Made by a program: the position numbers and the translations under genes. Below are positions 57,582 to 64,000 of a stretch of 64,000 bases of DNA, piece after piece; the first letter of the stretch is position 1, and the number at the start of each line of letters is the position of its first letter. This stretch comes from Veleropilina oligotropha (lineage: Eukaryota). The stretch is taken from the NCBI GenBank assembly GCA_048128005.1, contig JBEUKZ010000019.1:310001-374000 (forward strand). The letters run 5' to 3'. The notes below the pieces were generated by a model that was not told the DNA's origin, searched no databases, and saw only the letters and a list, made by a program, of their open reading frames with translations.

Positions 57582-59759
57582 AGGGGGGGCGGAAAATATT
57601 GACCTGCCGCCCGCGACACCAATCCACAAATTTCTTCCATCGGTAGTCATATACCCTTGTTGTAGATTGCCTTCTAGATCGGTAGATGCGCTGGGCTGTC
57701 GCTCTAGAAAAGCCTTTCTTAATGAGCGATCTCTCGATAGTCGCCAGGCGTGAAAGTGAAACTCGCTCGCCGACGGGTGTAGGACCCGACTGCGCGGTTG
57801 CGATAACAGGTCTGTCATCTGCGGTAGCGCTCGTGGCTGATCGATGAGTAGATCCAGAAGTGTCGGAAACCAGGACTGCGTGCGTTGTAGGGGTGCTATT
57901 AGCGTTAACTCGCAGTCTTCGCGGGTCGCTTTCCGTAGTACTTGTGCCAACATGCACGACGGTGGGAAGGCGTAGGCGATCAGATTCTCCCATCTCATTG
58001 ACAGAGCGTCGACCGCTATAGCGGCCGGGTCCGGGTAAGGAGACACATAGAGAGGGAGTCGGTGATTGAATTCGGTTGCGAATAGACCGACTCGAGGCTG
58101 CGACCACAGGCGACAGACATCTCGGGCTACACGGGCGTGTAGCGTCCACTCTGTGTGTAGAATCTGTGTTTTCCGAGAGAGCGTATCCGCTCTGACGTTC
58201 AGCTTCCCCGGGATGTGTCGGGCTCGAATTGTCGAGTTGAGGGACATCACTAGGCGGTGTAGGTCGATCGCTCGGTCGCAAAGCGGACGGGAGCGGGTGC
58301 CGCCCTGGTGCTGAATGTAAGCGACGACAGTCGTGTTGTCCGTTGCTAGCATGATGTGCTGGTTGCGGAGATGTGACGAGAGGGACTGTACTGACAGGTA
58401 GACGGCTTCTAACTCTAGAAAGTTGATGTGTCGTCCCTGAAGGTCCGTAGGCCATAGGCCCGATGTCTCGTGACTGTCGAGGTGCCCTCCCCAGCCCTCG
58501 TTTGACGCGTCCGTGAAGAGGTAGGCGTTCGGTTCTGGGGGGGATATTGGAACCGACTGGCTCGGCAGGGTAGTGTTCAACCACACTGCTGTCGTGCGAT
58601 TGAACCAATGCCGAAGATCGATGCGATCCGTCCACTGTCCCGTACGTTGTATCCAGCGGTCCTTGAAGGCCTGCTGCAACGGTCGTTTGTCCATGCGACC
58701 CGTCGGTAACAGGGGAGCTACCGACTCGATGTGCCCTAGGACAGTGGCCAGTCGTCGCGCTGTAGTTATCCGTGAAGACTTTGTTTCCAGTATAACTGCG
58801 CGTAGGTTCTCTATACGTTTCTGAGTCGGTTTCGCGGTGTACCGGACCGTGTCGAATTCGACCCCTAGAAATATAAACGTCGTCGAGGGCACGAAGCAGG
58901 ATTTCTCGTTGTTGATCTGTAATCCTAGGCGCTTCGCCGATGACAGGGTAACGCTCATAGACTGGAGGCACTGATCCCGGGACGCCCCGAGAATCAACCA
59001 GTCGTCGAGGTACATGTGTACTCTGTGCCCTTGCGAGTGTAGGAAGGCCCCGAGAGCCTGTACTACCCGCGTGAAGACGTACGGGGCTGACGATAGACCG
59101 AACGGTAGACACCTGAATTGGTAGACCGTTCCCCCGTGGACAAACCGTAGGTACCGGTGAGCCGAGACGTGCATCGGAACGTGTAGGTACGCATCGGTCA
59201 AGTCGATAGACGCTGCCCAGTCGCCCGGACGGAGGGCCGTTCGTATCTTCAAGAGTGTTTCTTGCTTGAACTTCTCGGTACGAAGATACTGGTTGAGGAA
59301 CGACAGATTGAGGATCGGTCGCCAACGGCCATCGGGTTTCGGGACCAGGAAAAAGTGGCTGTAATATCCTGGTGTGCTGGGCGGCGCGGGATAGATCGCT
59401 CTCTTCGAGAGTAAGTCCCGCACTGCCTGGTCTAGGACGGCTTGCTTTTCTCTTACTAGGAGACGAGCGCGTCCTGGTGGTGGTGTCGCGTCTAGGGTTG
59501 GATGCCGGTCGAATGCCAACTTGTATCCGGCACTCACGACTGAGTGAACCCAGTTGTCCTCTGTCATTTCCAGCCAGGACAGGCTGTACTCTAACAGACA
59601 CGCTCCCACCGGCGGAAGCGTGCAACTGGGCTCATCGCGAGCGCCGGCAACCCTAGGGCCGCGGCTTCCCTCTCCCGCTCTGACGGGATTTCGTCGGAGG
59701 TGCTGGTTTCGCGATAGGTTTCTTGGCCTGAGAAGGCCCACCACGCGAAGGTTTAGCAC
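57582..59759 (-). CDS. DIRS copy 2 RT-RNaseH-MT ORF
   Basis: YLDD, FTDAS and YAFPP present, DLFA changed to GLFA. The natural stop is bypassed by an extra G in the G-run near 57582. Confidence 0.88.
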
Positions 59760-61922
59760 GCTTGGAAGGCTGATGAGACCGGGCCGGTCTCGAGCGCTTC
59801 CTAGAGGCAGCAGCCGGCGTACTCCGAGGAGTAGCCAAGACTGCTTTCTCTATCGCGCGATCCTTTAGGTCAGCCGCTCTCTTCTCGACAAATTCGACGA
59901 ATTTGTCTCCGAAGAGAGTAGAGGCCGACAACGGTACACAACGCAGGGACAGCCGGGTGGCGTCGTCCAACGTGGTGCCGTCTAGGCACGCGTCTCTACG
60001 AAGTAGGACAGCGTTGCCTAAGGATCGGGCTGACTCCGACGCGGAGTTCTCCGTGGAGGCGGCAACCTCTTCGAGGAAGGACAGTGCGATCTCACGAGCG
60101 CGGGTCCGTCCTCTTGTAGTACGGTAATGGCTCCGTCTAGGAAAAAATCCTGGATAGAGGCATGCCGTAGAGCTCGACGGGCGGAGCTCTCAAAGCCCTC
60201 CATGGCGACCCATGGAACTTTGACCACTGAGGGAGCTGTGCTGGCCGACAGTCGACGCATCGCTGCATCGATCTGAACCGGCTCAGTCTCCAGACACGCC
60301 CCAGAGCATTCGATCGAAATCGGACGCCTACTGGGTCGGAGGTACTTTCCTTTACGCAGACCACTAGGGTACTCCGTTAACGAGGAAGTCTCCACCGATT
60401 TGGATCCCTGAATGGATTTGGTCGCCGAGTCGAGGACGAGCGAGACCAACCCAGACTGGGGTAGGGTAGGAAGCAGGGGGGCTTCCGGCCCATCAAATCG
60501 ACGTGCCGCTGTCCTGTGCCTGACGAAGCCTACCGGCAGAGCCGGGTCTGGCAAGTCTAGCACCCCGCGAAGCGACGCGACAGCGTCGTATCTTCTGCGG
60601 GTGGCGGAGATGGTCTCATGCGTGCCAGACTGACTACAAGAGTCGTCTGGTCCGACCGATTCAGGGAGGTCAGAGTGAGTAGAAGCGCTGTCCTCGTCGG
60701 AACGAGGATCGACTTCCATCACCGAAGCATGAGCCGAGCCCGGCGTTACGGTCAGAGACGTTGGGACCTGGGGCGGCTGGGTAGCCGGTTGTCAGGACCT
60801 ACAACGAGCCTCGACTTCCGCCGCAATCATAGCCTGGACGTTCTCAAGAGAGAAACCCGGAGGCATGACGGACGTCGGACCAACAGCCATTGGTCCGCTC
60901 GAGGATACCGTAGCGCATGGTTGACGGGCTGCACGGACAGGTGGAGCCGAGTACCAGGGACTCGGTTTACCTGTCGGGAAACCGCAGCCAGGGAAACGGC
61001 CCGGAGGCGCGTTAAACGGTGCGAACGACCCGTAAGACTGCGACCACAGTCCATACGGGTCTGTAACCCTGCTCGGGTGAGGCACGGGGGTAAACCCGCC
61101 GTACGCCTCAGCCCCGAACGCAGCCGGTCCTACCACACCACCCGGGACGTCTTGATAAGAATCGTCAGAGGTGGTTGGCCTTCCATCACTCTCGTGGGCT
61201 CCGACGGTGGCGGGATTAGTCTTTAAACTAGCGCCGTTGTCGGACGAGAGGACGGGTTTCGTCGAGCGTCTGGAACTTCGACCACTTTCGTGGTGCCCAG
61301 CAACTGTATCGACTTTCTCTGCTAGTCTCTGCGCTTCTTGTTCAGAAGCTGCTTCTTGTTCAGAAGCTGCTTCTTGTTCAGAAGCTACTAGACTCACAGA
61401 AGGACTAACGCTGCCTTGCTCCTCCGAGGCCGGAGGAGAGGGAAGGTTTTGTCTGCCCTGCTCAGCTTTTCGCCGCAGCGCTCGACGTATCTTACTGGCC
61501 GGCAAGATACTATGAGCAGCGGTTACTAGGCCCAAAGGAGAGGTGTCGGTCGGCACTCGGGCCCTTACCTGAATCTGGGATCCCGACGAAGATTCCGGGA
61601 CTTTCCCCAAAGTCTCAGAGGTTCCGTCGAGCCCAACACGGCTATCCTCGAGAGGATCTGAAAGAGAAAGTGAAGGATTAAAGCCTGTCTCTAGTCTCTG
61701 GAGCTTCTCGGTGGATGCCCCATCGGAAGAAGACACCCTGGTCATCTTCTTCGATGGGAAAAGAGTCTCCCACTGCCGATTCGTTAGTGCTATACAATGC
61801 TCACATGGATGGTTCTTATCGCTAGAACAAACACGGTGAAGAGTGCATTCGGAGTGCCTGTCAAAACCACGGATTTTCTGTCTGCACCCGGAAACACTGC
61901 AATGCATCATAGCTACGTACAC
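59653..61922 (-). pseudogene. DIRS copy 2 gag, broken into three ORF pieces
   Basis: Homologous to the gag of copies 1 and 3, with a stop near 60792 and frameshifts. Confidence 0.85.
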
Positions 61923-63060
61923 GGGTAGGTAGGAGATAGGGTTTTAAGTGATAAGGATATTTCCCGGGTAGTTTACCAAATTACTACTACAACCTCGATT
62001 GTACCTGATCCGAGAGCTGGAAAAGGCTGAAATACGCTTAAAACTTACGGCGGATTATACGCCCAAAAAACACCGACTTTGATAAACTTTTTAACACGAG
62101 TCGGCCAACGAATTGAGAAACGGGAGGTCTTTCTTTTACAGAAACCGCCCTTTTACACCTAAAACCTCTTGGATGTATATATATCAATTTGTTAGAATTC
62201 GGCGTGCTATCCCCGATTTAGCAGATTTACCAAAATAACGCTAGTTAAATTCGAAACAATCTGCTTTTCAACGACGATAAATTTTTACATAAATTTATAG
62301 CAAGAAAAACGTCGTTGAGGAATTATCGTATATATAAATGAAATGCAATGCAAATTCAAGCAATATCAATAATCAACTCTCTCCTGACTCCGTAGTAATT
62401 GCTAACGAGCTTCCTTCTTTAAATATCCCTCTGAGCGTCCTCTTTTCTTTCTGTTTCAGAAGTCCAAGATGGCGTCGTCAGTGGAGGGTGTCGATTTCGT
62501 TTTTTGTCTTTGTCGACAGGAAAAAACCTCTAGAAGGGCTTATTCAGGAGGAAAACTCTCAGTCTTTCCACTAAACGTGTTTACAACACTACAAACGATC
62601 TTATGAGCTTATATGATTGGTAAATCAGGCTCGAAAAAGATCGAAAATCACAACAGATTGTGGAGCAAAGTAAAACGCGACTTGTTCAATCAGGCGGAAA
62701 ACTTCGGATGAGGTCTTGACCCTTGGTCACGAGGATCTCGCGGGAGTTGGCGAGCTCTTAATAGGCATGAACTGGAGGAGGTCGAGCAGGTCAGTGGGTC
62801 AACTGGGTTAAATTTACTAAAAAGTGCGAAATTACCATTTCCACCTTGTCCGGATTTAGCGATAATAGGCTTATTATGGCATTAGTAAGGACGTAAGTAT
62901 ATTTGATATAGATATGTGTTATTGTAAAGACTATACTAGGTAAGCAACTTTAGAACATTTTCATTTGTTCCGACGATCGACACGACTGAAAAATTGTTAA
63001 AATGCTTAGGGTGCAGGAGGCCGTTTCAGAGGTATATAACCAAAATTATTTTGCGCATTA

Positions 63061-63399
63061 GGGTTCCGGGAGTCAGAGGGTCGGGTGCTGGGAGTTAGAG
63101 GGTCGGGTTCCGGGAGTCAGAGGGTCGGGTGCTGGGAGTCAGAGGGTCGGGTGCTGGGAGTCAGAGGGTCGGGTTCCGGGAGTCAGAGGGTCGGGTGCTG
63201 GGAGTCAGAGGGTCGGGTGCTGGGAGTCAGAGGGTCAGGTTCCGGGAGTCAGAGGGTCGGGTGCTGGGAGTCAGAGGGTCGGGTTCCGGGAGTCAGAGGG
63301 TCGGGTGCTGGGAGTCAGAGGGTCGGGTTCCGGGAGTCAGAGGGTCGGGTGCTGGGAGTCAGAGGGTCGGGTTCCGGGAGTCAGAGGGTCGGGTGCTGG
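63061..63399 (+). repeat. 22-bp minisatellite (~15 units) abutting the right hAT TIR
   Basis: GGGT(GCT/TCC)GGGAGTCAGAGGGTC units, with two variants interspersed. Confidence 0.95.
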
Positions 63400-63464
63400 C
63401 AACACTGAACATTGTAATATGCTCTACTCGACAAAATTTCATCTAAATGATATCAACAGCCTAC

Positions 63465-63582
63465 CATTTCCAAAACTGGTGCCCACTTGAGAATGTCTCC
63501 TTTCTCCAATATACACTGCCTCAGGACATCAGGGATCGGATACTGGGGCAAACGGTTAGGAATCTTTAACTTTCCTTGAAAT
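63465..63582 (-). CDS. MOV10L1: Host MOV10L1-like helicase exon
   Basis: AG/GT bounded. FQGKLKIPNRLPQYPIPDVLRQCILEKGDILKWAPVLEM resembles the MOV10L1 LPQYPIPDxLRxC segment. Joins in phase 0 to exon 10334-10432. Confidence 0.88.
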
Positions 63583-63888
63583 CTGAACGAAAGGAAATTC
63601 ATGTATAAACTAGCAAAATTCTCGAGCCGACAATTCAAGTGGTTGTATCTCCTCCGATGGTAGCCATCTTGAATATTAAATGAAATAAGATCAAAATCGT
63701 TGGGGGTTGTGAAATCATCAATGACTGTAATGAGCATATTATGACAGTCAGTTTACTCATTCTACATACAAAACTATTGCACCAGAAAACCTAGTATAAT
63801 ATCAACATTAAGCTTACTTCATATTTTAATTTAGTCAACCTGTTTTAAATATAAAGGAAGCAATAATAAGGCATAAAATTTTGAGCAC

Positions 63889-64000
63889 CTGTTTGGCTTT
63901 TGCCCTGGTATAACCCAGTTGTTTCCCTTGGCAGCCGATGCTTTATATCGGGTGAAAGCGGAGTCACCACATGGTCCCTGGTGTCGGCCTACTGGGTTTA
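63889..64000 (-). CDS. MOV10L1: Host MOV10L1-like helicase exon (5'-most in window, runs off the edge)
   Basis: Reads ...KGNNWVIPGQKPN(R) with a GT donor at 63888. Its phase-2 end matches the next exon. Confidence 0.75.

Larger units (their letters stand above)
49280..59625 (-). pseudogene. DIRS copy 2 tyrosine recombinase, split (57529-59625 and 49280-50144)
   Basis: The empty site restores LLERGMSI|SAVKGY. The catalytic part (LATGNRASE, CPVRAL, HETRA, FVRFY) is in 49280-50144. Confidence 0.9.
48086..62913 (-). mobile_element. DIRS retrotransposon copy 2 (decayed, split by copy 3)
   Basis: ITRs ~48124-48328 / 62698-62903, ICR 48392-48482, AT at both junctions. Confidence 0.95.
11348..63407 (+). 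mobile_element. hAT-superfamily DNA transposon (~3.9 kb when empty), outer container of the nest
   Basis: 12-bp TIR CAGTGTTGCCAG (11348) / CTGGCAACACTG (63396-63407). Direct repeat AACATT at 11342-11347 and 63408-63413. Split transposase inside. Confidence 0.85.

Noticed and set aside
63061..63399. Regular short repeats resembling a CRISPR array, plus ORFs 63085-63490
   Set aside because: Head-to-tail units without unique spacers, in a eukaryotic context. The ORFs are translations of the repeat.

Overview
Animal (probably marine invertebrate) genomic DNA, AT-rich in host introns. Eight minus-strand exons of a MOV10L1/Armitage-like SF1 RNA helicase gene span the window and splice in frame, through the GPPGTGKT Walker A motif. 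One intron holds an apparently intact DIRS (tyrosine-recombinase) retrotransposon and a LINE fragment. The adjacent 53-kb intron (10433-63464) is almost entirely one nested stack. The outer layer is a decayed hAT-like transposon (11348-63407, 6-bp TSD). Its transposase is split by a ~15.8-kb Polinton-like endogenous DNA virus (13552-46296) with TIRs, a 5-bp TSD, putative major and minor capsid proteins, an A32-type ATPase, an RVE integrase and several membrane or secreted proteins, but no recognisable adenain protease. The virus's replication gene reconstructs as one ~1290-aa ORF: HEH, OTU-like, divergent PolB core, SF1B helicase and HNH. That gene is split by two nested copies of a non-autonomous EnSpm/CACTA-like element with a BEN-domain gene, one of which carries a MITE that carries a SINE. 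Two more DIRS elements, one inside the other, lie in the right arm of the hAT. The three DIRS copies share covarying hairpin arrays in their UTRs. All domain calls come from motif recognition by eye; no searches were run.
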